In this document: piece by piece, positions 19,028 to 29,600 of the stretch
Layout of the letters: the number at the start of each line of letters is the position of its first letter
How positions within the stretch are numbered: the stretch's first letter is position 1
NCBI GenBank assembly: GCA_017428635.1
Contig: JAFRQK010000008.1
Span: forward strand, 1,410-65,409
Direction of reading: 5' to 3'
Length of the DNA: 64,000 nucleotides
DNA from: Clostridia bacterium
GTDB lineage: Bacteria > Bacillota > Clostridia > Oscillospirales > CAG-272
Notes under the pieces: generated by a model
Databases searched by the model: none
What the model was told of the DNA's origin: nothing
What the model saw: the letters and a program-made list of their open reading frames with translations, nothing else
Made by a program: the position numbers and the translations under genes

Positions 19028-19507
19028 ATGAACCAAAAAGCACTTTCACTTTGGCTTAAAATCGCCGTTATCGTACTCGCGTTTATAGGAATCTGCGCTT
19101 ACGTCGTGATCATTCCCTCGTACGCTGTTTCGAAGTTAAGTGAATATCCGGAGTTTGCGGACAGATTCCTTCCGTGGCTTCTGTTTATCACCTTTACCGC
19201 AATCCCTGTCTATTTTGCTCTGACGCTTTGTTTCCTGATCGCCGTAAATATCGGCAAAGACAACTCGTTTTCACAGAAGAACGCGCGATATCTCAAATGG
19301 ATAATGATCGACGTCGTCGTCGCTTGCGTTTATTTCTTTGTTGGCAACGTTGTTTTGTTCTTTTTAAGTATGAGTCATCCGGGAATCTTTCTTCTGTCTT
19401 TACTCGTCGTTCTTCTGGGATTCACTCTTGCGGTCGCAGCCGCCGTTTTGTCTCATCTTGTCGCAAAAGCCGCTTCTATCAAGGATGAGAACGACCTGAC
19501 GATATAG
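19028..19507 (+). CDS. DUF2975-like four-TM membrane protein
   Basis: Four hydrophobic segments. Paired with a YozG-type HTH gene 8 nt downstream, which is the usual partner arrangement. Confidence 0.6.
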   Translation: MNQKALSLWLKIAVIVLAFIGICAYVVIIPSYAVSKLSEYPEFADRFLPWLLFITFTAIPVYFALTLCFLIAVNIGKDNSFSQKNARYLKWIMIDVVVACVYFFVGNVVLFFLSMSHPGIFLLSLLVVLLGFTLAVAAAVLSHLVAKAASIKDENDLTI

Positions 19508-19515
19508 GAGGAACT

Positions 19516-19728
19516 ATGGGAAAGATAATATTCAATATCGACGTTATGCTCGCAAAACGCAAGATGAAACTCGGCGATCTTGCGGAACAGGTCGGAATAA
19601 CGCCCGCCAATATGTCAGTCCTCAAAACGGGCAAAGCAAAGGCGATAAGGATCTCAACGCTGACGCGCCTGTGCCAAGTTCTTAAATGTCAACCCGGAGA
19701 TATACTTGAATACTCCGAAGAAGAATAA
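19516..19728 (+). CDS. Short XRE/YozG-type helix-turn-helix transcriptional regulator
   Basis: 70 aa. LGDLAEQVGITPANMSVLKTGKAKAIRISTL..LKCQPGDILEY matches the YozG-like HTH pattern. Confidence 0.8.
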   Translation: MGKIIFNIDVMLAKRKMKLGDLAEQVGITPANMSVLKTGKAKAIRISTLTRLCQVLKCQPGDILEYSEEE

Positions 19729-19734
19729 AAGCCA

Positions 19735-19770
19735 TGATAACTCCCGAATCGGGAGTTATCATTCTTTTTT
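19735..19770 (+). terminator. Intrinsic terminator
   Basis: 11-bp stem tgataactccc/gggagttatca followed by ttctttttt. Confidence 0.8.
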
Positions 19771-19782
19771 CTGTCTATTTCG

Positions 19783-19811
19783 TTGTATTATATACGTTTT
19801 TGTGATAAAAT
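19783..19811 (+). promoter_or_regulatory. Candidate sigma-A promoter (TTGTAT, 17 nt, TGaTAAAAT)
   Basis: Read directly from the sequence, upstream of the ECF sigma gene. Confidence 0.45.
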
Positions 19812-19846
19812 AATAGAAACGACCGGAACGGATCGGAGGCGGTAAC

Positions 19847-20275
19847 TTGATCGAACTTGAGAAGATTTATTTTGAGCATTCCGAGAGTATTTTCAGGTTT
19901 CTTTTCAGAATGAGCGGAGATTCCGCTCTGTCCGAAGAGGTGACCGGGAAAACTTTCGGCGAAGCTCTGGCGAACGCCGCGGGCTATTCCGGCTCTTTCA
20001 AGATCCGTTCGTGGCTCAGTTACATCGCTTACAATGAGTACAAAAAGCACCTCAGAAGGACGAGGAGCGAAGAGAAGAGCAATAGAGAACTGAAACCGGG
20101 CGAGGCGATCAGAAAAAGCATCCTTTCTCTGCCCGAACCGTACTGCCGTACCCTGACGCTTCGTCTTTACGCAGGTCTTCCTTTCTCGGAGATCGCTGCG
20201 CTCGAGGGACTGTCGCAGAATTCGGTCAAGGTGATCTACTGCAGAGCAAAAAGAAAGTTATCAGAGGTGATGTGA
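19847..20275 (+). CDS. ECF-type RNA polymerase sigma factor (short, 142 aa)
   Basis: Region-2-like N-terminus and region-4 HTH (FSEIAALEGLSQNSVKVIYCRAKRKL). TTG start 7 nt after GGAGG. Overlaps the anti-sigma gene. Confidence 0.75.
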   Translation: MIELEKIYFEHSESIFRFLFRMSGDSALSEEVTGKTFGEALANAAGYSGSFKIRSWLSYIAYNEYKKHLRRTRSEEKSNRELKPGEAIRKSILSLPEPYCRTLTLRLYAGLPFSEIAALEGLSQNSVKVIYCRAKRKLSEVM

Positions 20276-20277
20276 TT

Positions 20278-20619
20278 ATGAAACTTACTTGCGATATGGT
20301 CACCGATCTGTATCCGCTTTATAAGGACGGACTCGCGAGCCCGGACACGAGGGACGCGATCAAGGAACATCTGAAAGAATGCGACGACTGCCGTAACTTT
20401 TACAGACGTTATCCTTTTCAGGATAAATTCCTGAGAAGATCCGCCGCCGACGTTTTTGACAATCCCACGCATACTTCGTCCGTTACGGACGGATTCAACA
20501 GTTTCGCAAAAAAAATGCGCAGGAACAAAAAGATAAAGATCGCGCTGGCGTGTCTGGTCGCCGCAGCGGTCGCCGTCTTTGCATTCTTCAAATATTTCAT
20601 GCCGGAACAGAAGAAATAA
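20278..20619 (+). CDS. Anti-sigma factor (zf-HC2 type) with C-terminal TM segment
   Basis: H-x3-C-x2-C motif (HLKECDDCRNFY). TM segment IALACLVAAAVAVFAFF. Coupled to the sigma gene. Confidence 0.7.
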   Translation: MKLTCDMVTDLYPLYKDGLASPDTRDAIKEHLKECDDCRNFYRRYPFQDKFLRRSAADVFDNPTHTSSVTDGFNSFAKKMRRNKKIKIALACLVAAAVAVFAFFKYFMPEQKK

Positions 20620-20626
20620 TAAACAA

Positions 20627-20660
20627 ACGGGGCTCACCTTTTCGGGTGAGCCCCGTTTTC
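20627..20660. terminator. Bidirectional intrinsic terminator
   Basis: 12-bp stem acggggctcacc/ggtgagccccgt (20627-20638 with 20645-20656), T-rich on both sides. Lies between the convergent anti-sigma (+) and giant (-) genes. Confidence 0.8.
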
Positions 20661-20697
20661 ATTCAGCCGCCGTTCGGCGGCTTTTTCTTTTTGTTCC

Positions 20698-23600
20698 TCA
20701 GCGGGCGAATTCGCGGAAGATGAAGGTAACGCACTGGACGCGCGTGCAGGTATCGTCGGGACAGAACGCCGTTTCGGATACGCCCTGCGTGATACCTTTC
20801 TCTATCGCCCAAAGAACCGCGTCGTAGTACCACTCACCGGGCACAACGTCCTCAAACTTCGTTTCCGTCACGGCGGGAGGTTCACAACCCTCCATTCTCC
20901 ACAGGAACGTGACGACCTGAGAGCGCGAGCACGGTTCGTCGGGACTGAAGGTCGTGCTGCTTGTTCCGAGCGTGATATGGTTCTCGTATGCCCACAGGAC
21001 AGCCGTATAGTACCACGTACCCGGTACAACGTCCTTGAAGGGGCTCGACGTGAGGGTGGTCTCCGGCTGGCCCACGGTCCTCCACAGGAACGTGACGAAT
21101 TGCGCTCTCGTGCAGTCTTCGTCCGGGGAGAACGTCGTCGCGCTCGTTCCGTACGTCACGTGATTGACTACAGCCCAGTCGACAGTGATATGGACCCATT
21201 CCTCGGCTGACGGTACGTCGGTGAACGCTTTGCTCGGACACGTCGGTCCGCCGTCGCACGATACCGCCGGGACAGTCACTTCTTTGATCTGCTCGCCGAA
21301 CAGCTCGTTATCGAAGACCGCGGAATAATAGCCGCTGCCCTCCGCCTTGTAAGTCGAGCATTGCGTCAGAACGAAATTCGTCTTAACGGTCTCCGTGATC
21401 ACGTGGGTCGAATCCCGTCCGCAGATCACCGTCGCGGTAACCGAAGCGTCGTCTTCGGACCATACGTATTCGGGCTTGCCCCAGTCGTGGTCCTGCGCTT
21501 TCAGTATCTCGCTCTTTTCGTCGGTATACGTCTTTCCGTTAAACGTTACGGACGCTTTGTATACCACCAGTCCGTCTTTTTCGCAGGTCGGTTCGGTACG
21601 GGAGGGAGATATCGTCGCAGTCTCCGTCGTCACGTGGTTTTTGTCGTTCTTGCACGTGAATACCGCATCGGCCTCAGTGTATCCGGTCCAGTTCCATTCG
21701 GTCAGCTCGTACGCGTGGCCGATCGGATCGAGTGTTTCCGTCGCTTGATCTTTGTAAGTATTGTCCTCGAAGGTCACTTCAGCCGTGTAAACGATCTTTC
21801 CTGTCCCCTCGCACGTCGGTTCCGTACGCTCGGGCGTGATCGTCGCTTTTGCCGTCGTTACGTGATTTTTGTCATTCTTGCACGTGAACGTGGCGATCGC
21901 TTCCGTGTATCCCGTCCAGTTCCATTCGGTAAACTCGTACGCGTGACCGGTGGCTTTCAGCGTTTCGGTCTTCTTATCGGTATACGTCTTCCCGTTCAGA
22001 ACGACCGTCGCCGTGTAAACGACCTTTCCTGCCGTCTCGCACGTCGGCTCGGTGCGCTCTGCCTTGATATCGGCCGGCATCGTCACGTCGCCGCTGCCGT
22101 TCTTGTCAGTGAAGGATGCTTCGGCGGATGCATAGCCGTCCCATGCCCAGCCGGTCAGCTCATAGTCGCGGCCGAGCGCCGGGATGACCTCGGTCTTTTG
22201 ATCCTTATACGTATTGTTTTCAAATACGACTTCAGCAGTGTAAACTATCTTGCCGTCGTCGTCCGCCGTCGGTTCCGTACGCTCGGGCGTGATCGTCGCT
22301 TTTGCCGTCGTTACGTGGTTTTTGTCATTCTTGCACGTGAACGTGGCGATCGCTTCCGTGTATCCCGTCCAGTCCCATCCGGTCAGTTCGTATGCGTGAC
22401 CGGTGGCTTTAAGCGTTTCGGTCTTCTGATCGGAATACTTATTGCCGTCTATGGTAACGGAAGCCGTATAGACGATCTTGCCCGTGCCCTCGCAGGTCGG
22501 CTCGGTCCGGACGGGAGTCACCGCCGCTTCCATCGTGGACTTGTGGTCCTCGTTTCTGGAACACGTGAGCTGAGCAGTGGCTTTCTCGTATCCGTTCCAT
22601 TCCCAACCGGTCACCGTGTAGGCGTGGCCGAGTTTTCCAATGGGAACGTTAACGGTATTCAAATAGTTATTGTTCCGGAAGACAGCCGTTGCGGTGTATG
22701 CGATATTGCCCGCCTCCGTGCAGGTGGCGGGAGTCGTCACAGCTGTCACGTTTTTGGTCGTGACTCTCTCCGTGCGGCTCGGGTCTGTTATACATTTGAA
22801 TGAGGCCGTGGCGGAACTGTGATCGTCGGACCACTTCCATTCGGGTTCCGCGTAAACGTTCTCGATAAACTTATATTTGACGTTATAGTCCTTATCACTG
22901 TCGGCAGGTACGATGACGGGATCCCAGCCCTCGAAGACGTATGAATAATCCACGTCCCCTTCCTTGACGGGCGCGGGACCGCGGTAGACCGGAAGCTGTC
23001 CCGCGGTGACCGCAGCCTCATAAAGCGGTTTTCCGTCGTCGCCGAGGAACCTTACCGTATAAACGGACGGCGTCCACTGCGCGTACAGCGTGGAGTCGCA
23101 TTCCACGAGGAAATCTTTTCCGGGAGCGCAAGACTTGCCCGATCCGTCCGCTTTGGTGTTCCACTCGGTGAAATCGTATCCCTTTCTTGTGAAGGAACAC
23201 TCGGGAAGCGTTACGATACTTCCGGTCTTTGCGCTTATCTGAGGAACGTTCCCGGTACCGCCGTGGCCGTCGAATGAAACGGCCGGTTCACGGACGGATC
23301 CGTCGGTGACCAGATACAGTTCGGAAAGCTGGAAGGTGCTGCCTTTACCCAGGCCGCGGAACGTAATGCGGAAAGTATTATATTCCCGGTCGTTGCCGAT
23401 CTTTCGGCATATCTCGGCGAAATCGGCAGCCGGTAAACTCTGATCCTGCAGTTTGCCGTCCAGCATGATCCAGGTCCCGTCCCCGCTCAGAGCTTCAAGC
23501 GTCCAGTTCTTCGGGTTACTGCCGGAGTTACTCGAAGTGTCATCGGCGGTTATAAGAACGTAACCGAGAGGCTTCACGTACTCGTCGGTCGTGAATTCAA

Positions 23601-26600
23601 GAGACCAGGATCCATCGGCACGTACGCCCGTGCACCATTTGGCCGCAGTGCCGTCCAGCAGATTGAAGTACTCCTCATTTTCGTAGCCCTTATACTGCGA
23701 GTCGTCCTGCGGTACGCCGTCCACCTGCTCGGTGAACTGGTCGTACACCTTCAAGGCGGTATATTTTTGATAATGAGTTCCGTCAAGCCACTGGGCGTAA
23801 AGATCCAGCGCGCCGTCGACGGTTATCACGGCGTAATTCTCATAAGTTTTCCCGGAACCGTCCGCGGCGGTGTTCCAGTTGAGGAAGAACTTTCCTTCGT
23901 GATCAAACGGGTTGGAGAGCATCACGGAGCTTCCGTTGTCGGTTTCGACCGGGCTCGTTTTGTCCGTTCCGTCGTTGCTGTGCAGGATCAAGGGTCTGCG
24001 CACGTCGACGTTTTCGTCTGCGACGATCAGATACGCGTCAAGGAGTTCAAGAGCGGACGACGGACCTTCCCAGACGATGCGGTAGTAACTGTAATAGTCG
24101 TCGCCCACACTGCCGAGATTTGCGTAAACAACGTGTCCCGCAAGGGAGAGCGACGCGCCGTCGCCCGACGCCAGCAGAGTCCATGCACCGCTGCCGTTTA
24201 CTTTGCCTTCGAGCCGCCAGCCCGGAGGCGCGGAGCAGACGTTCCCTGACGTCACGAATGCGATCGCCGACGGTCTGACCGCGTCGTTTGACCTGAAGTC
24301 TATCACGGTCGATTCGCCGGAACCGATCGCGCCGCCGGTCCAGGACGTACCGTTATTATTATCGAACAAAGCGCCTGCCGCGGAAGAAGCATACCCGTGA
24401 TACGGCGTACCCTTCAGCCACTGCGCGTACAGGGTGACGTCCGCGCCGATCGAGTCTCCGCAGTTATAGGGCGTACCGGAACCGTCTGCTGCGGTATTCC
24501 AACCGACGAGGATATAACCGTCGCGGCTGAAAGGGGAAGGCGGAAGCGTTCCGCCGAATCTCCTGACGCCGTATTGCCCCGCGGAACCGGATCCTCCGTT
24601 GGGATCGATAGTGGCGATCCGACAAAGCGCGCGGATCTCCGGATGATCTCCGCCTGCGACCCAAACGCCCGAACTCCATCCGCCCGCGACGATCGGTCCT
24701 GATCCGCAGAAATCTGCCGCGGATCTGAAGCCGACGTTGGTAGAGGATCCCGTTGAGATCGCCCCCGAAGCGGTTCCGGAAAGTGCGAAGCAGTTTTTCA
24801 CCGTGCCTTTGACGTTTTCTCCGATGACGCCGCCGACGTTTTTAGAACCGGTGACCGAACCGGAGTAATGGAAGCAATTCTCCAGATTACCGGTATAGAT
24901 ATAACCGGTCACGCCGCCTACAGTACTGCCCGATACGGTTCCGACGTGGTAACAGTTCGAGGCTCCTCCGCCTGAAACAGCGCCCAGAACGCCGCCGCTG
25001 TATGTGTTTGCCCCGGTGGATGAAACGTTTCCGTAGAAGGAACAGGATTCAACCCTGCCTCCCAGGCTGACGCCGAGAACGCCGCCCACGCACGAGCCGG
25101 TCAGGTTCGACGAGCTGCTGACGGATCCGTGGACCTCAAGATTCTTTATCAAGGCGTAGCTCGCTCCGAACAGACCCGCATGGCCAACGTTTCCGCTGAC
25201 CTTCAAATTATAAACGGTGTGGCCCTGTCCGTCGAACGTGCCTCTGTAAGCCCGCGAGTTCGTTCCGATAGGCGTCCAGTCGCTCACGCTGCTCATATCG
25301 AGATCCGCGCAAAGATAGACGGTGGTACCGCTGAAATCGTAATTCCCGGAGTTGACTTTATCGCGCAGATCGGCGAGATTCCGGACGGTGTAGATCCGGA
25401 CTGTCTTCGGCATCGGATCCGGGTTCTCGTCGGGACCCACGTTATTGTACGCAGGGACGCTGGGCTCGATCTGGAGTTTCGGCCTGTCGCTTTGCATAGT
25501 ATAAATACTGGTGAAATCGAAACCAGTGAAGCTTGATTGGTCTTTAAATTTCTTTCCCCCGCCCCAGTGGTCGAGGTAATCGTACTGCCCGCCTTCGCTT
25601 GAGATCTCCCCTTTTCCGTTTATGGGTCCCAAAGCAGAAGTGTGTTTCCAATAGTTATTTTTAAACGTCGGGCTGGTATACCTACTGTCGTAGTAACCCA
25701 GCAGTGCGCCGCGAGTCCCGGCAAAATACGCCTGACTGATAATGCCCGTGAAGTTGAAACACGTCTGCATCAGGGAAGTTGCACGCATCTCGCCCACAAT
25801 GCCTCCCGCGCGGTCATATCCCGATACCTGGGCAGTATTGTAACTGTTTTGGACCGTGGCGTTATACAAATATCCGACGATGCCGCCCACGCGGTCTCCG
25901 TCGGGGGCGGTGATCTTGGCGTTCGGGTTGTTGTTGGCGCATTGATCGATCACTGTGTACCAATCCGCCTTTCCGACGATACCGCCGGCGCACGCGCTCG
26001 TGTAATGAAGTGTCAGTCCTTCCCACCAGATTTTTGCAGAAGCAGAAACGTTTCCGGTATTAATGCATTTTTGTACGGTTGTATAATTTTTGCCGTTGTG
26101 CGGATTTCCGGTATCGTAAGTATATCCCGCTATACCGCCGGCTTCTTTATATCCTTGGACGTCGGAATAATTCCTGCATAGTTCGACGTTGGTGTGTGAA
26201 GTCCAGCCCACGATACCGCCTATGCGTTTGCCGTTGCTGCCGCCGCTGATAGCGGCGTAGTTGACACATTTTGAGATCGTCATTCCGCTGGAATAACCGA
26301 CGATACCGCCCACTCCGGAGTTGGATTCTCCTCCGACGTTACAGGTAACGTTTCCATGGTTATAACACTTCTCAACGTTGCAGCCGGCAACGCCGACGAT
26401 ACCGCCGGTCATATACGTACCGACGACGGAGCCTTTGTTCTCGCATTGCGATGTAGTCCCGCTGATGGAGGTCCTGCCGATGATACCGCCGACGCCGTCT
26501 CCGCTCGCGTCGCCGGTGCCCGTGATACTACCCGTATTGAGGCAATCGGAAACCGATGCTGAACAGTCTCCGACGATCCCGCCGACCTGAAGCGTTCCGG

Positions 26601-29600
26601 TAACGTTTCCGTTATTGGTAAGTTTGGTATAATTGCCGGAACTGCCGTTCACTCCGAGGATACCGCCGGTGCTTTTGCCGCCGGAAACGGTGCCGTTGTT
26701 CACGCAGTCCGAGATAGTGTTGCCGCTGCCCGCCTGACCGACGATCCCGCCGACGTCCTGCTTTCCGTTGCCGTTCACCGAGTTGCCGTTGGTGCAATTC
26801 GATACGTTACAATTGTCCTGCAGTGAGCCGACGATGCCGCCCGCATATCCGGCAGGCGCATTGATATAACCGGTATTGGTACAGTTCGTAACGCTCTTTG
26901 AACCCGAAATGATCCCGACTATACCGCCGGTCCCTTCGCCGGCGTAGATCTGGGCTGTGTTGCTGCAGCCGGTGATATCGCCGCCGTTGGCGCGACCGAC
27001 GATGCCGCCCGCATACGCGGTACTGCCGGTTCTAGCATTAACATTGCCGGTATTAGTACAGTCAGCCACGTCTCCGCTCGATTCTCCGACTATTCCGCCG
27101 ATCAAACCCGCCGTGGTGGAGATCTGCCCTCCGTTGGCGCATCCGGTGATCTTGCCGTGATTGGCTCCGGCGATACCTCCGACGTGGGTCGACGAACCTG
27201 AAACGGTCGCCGTGTTGGTGCAGCCGGTGATCTCGGCGTTCGATTCGTTGCTGCCAACGATGCCGCCGATGGGATCAAACTCGCCGCCTTTGACTTCTCC
27301 ATTGTTGACGCAGCCCGAAACCGTGCCGCAATTTGCGCCGACCACGCCGCCCGATATATTCGAGCCTGCGGTGAACGCGATCAGGTTCTTACAGCCGCTC
27401 ACGGACCCGCCCGCCATGCAGTAGCCCACGACGCCGCCGACGCCGTTGTTCTTACCGGTGATCGTGCCGGAGTTTTCGCAATCGCGCACAGTGCCGTGCA
27501 CGATGCCGGCCGCTCCGCCGACCGAAAAGACGCCGTTCACCGCGCCGCTGTTCTTACTGTTTTCCAAAAGACCGCTGGGAACGGTCCCGTCCGCGGTCTC
27601 ACCGATCTTGCCGACAAGGCCGCCTACGCAGTCTTCGCCCGTAACGTTTCCCTTATTCCGGCAGTTACGTACGGCGCCGGTGTTGAACACGGTGCCGGCA
27701 ATGCCGCCCGTGTGATCGTGACCTGTGACCGAACCCTCGTTGACGCAGTTATCCACCGTGCAGGTACCGGCGCCCAAGATACCTCCCGCTACGTCTCCCG
27801 CGCAGGTCACGACGGCGCTGCCCGTATTGGTGCAACGGTCGATCGGCGCGTCGGACGTCGAGAGACCCGCGATACCGCCGACGGTTCCGTGGCCGGAGAC
27901 GGCGCCGCTGTTTTCGCAGTTCGAAACGGGAGAACTGGCGGATCCGACGATCCCTCCCACTTCTGTCCCGCTGCCTGTGACCGTGCCGTCCTCCGTGTTC
28001 CGGCAATCGGAAACGCCGCTGTTGCCGTACAGGTAAGCGACGATACCCGCCACGTACTGAGTACCGGAAACCGCCGCGGCGTTGGTACAGCCGGAAACCT
28101 CCGATCCATCGCCGCCGTATCCTACGATACCGCCGGTGTATATATCAGAGCCGTTGACTCCGCCGCTGTTGGTACAGTCCTTGACGACCGCGAGCGCCGC
28201 GCCGGCGATTCCGCCGACAGCCCCTTTACCTTCAACATTTCCGGTATTCGAGCATGAAGTTACGCTTCCTTTGGTGCCGCCGACGATGCCGCCGATATTA
28301 CCGTTTGTTAAACTCATGACAGCGCCGTTGTTGGTGCAGGCAGTGACGACGTCGCAGTAGCCCGCGATGCCTCCTGCATACTCGCCGCCGGTAACGCTGC
28401 CGTCGTTGGTCAGTCCGTTCACCTCACACTTTGCCATACCGATCAGACCGCCGACGTAACGCGCACCGATGACCGTGCCTTCGTTGCGCACGTGTTCAGC
28501 TTTTCCGTTTGCGTCCAGGTAGCCGATGACGCCGCCCGTTCTCTCGTCGCTGCCTGTCACCGTGCCTCCTGAAAGGTTGGCGCAGTCGCTGACGAGGCAG
28601 TAGGCGACACCGATGACGCCGCCCACCTGGGATACGCCGCTGACGTCGACGTTGTTGGTACATCCGCTGATAAGGCCGGTGCTGTGCGCGCCGCCCGCGC
28701 ATCCGCCGACGCTGACACCGCCCGTAACGCTGCCGTGATTCTCGCAGTTCTTCATCGACCCGAAGAGGTAGCCGCCGACGCCGCCCACGGCAGGCGCTTT
28801 GACTTCTCCCTCTACGTTCGTTACGCCGTCGATGTTGCCGTGGTTGTCACAGTTTTCGACGAGGCCGTAAGTGCATCCGACAATGCCGCCGACGCGGCCT
28901 TCGCTGCCGGTACAGATCACGGCGCCTTCGTTACCGCAGGTGTGGATATCCTTCGTAGTCCAGCCAACGACGCCGCCGACGCCGTACGCGCCGGTGACGC
29001 TGCCGTAATTACCGCAGCTCTTGATGAAGCAGTTTGAAATACCCGCGACGCCTCCGACGTACTTTCCGTCCGCGGAAGTGACGGAAGATCCGCCCATACC
29101 TAAGCAGCCGCTGATGCTGCTGTATTTATCGATCGCGCCGACGACGCCCCCGGTGAAGTCTCCGCCGGAGACCGCGCCGAAGTTGATGCAGCCCTCAATG
29201 CTGCCTTCGGCGATACGTCCCGCGATACCGCCGTTGAGCATGGATGCGCCGGTCACCGTGCCGTAGTTTTCGCATGATTTCACCACGCCTCCGTTGCAGC
29301 TGTCGCCGACGATACCGCCGGCAAAGTCGTCTCCGTTAACGGTGCCGTTGTTGATGCAGCTGTCGACGGTGCTGCCGTTGTTCCAGCCGACGATGCCGCC
29401 GAAGGCGTTGGCTGTGACCGTGATCGTGATGGTGCCGTTCTCACTGGTCGCGATACCGAGACCGTAGGGACTGCGGCCCGTCAGTTCGCCGGTAAAAGTG
29501 CATTCCGTCACAAGACCTTCGCCGGTGGCGTTGGAGCCCGGATCGTTCAGCGCGTCGTTATGGCTGCCCGCCCCTGCGATGTTGTTTGCCCATCCGACAA

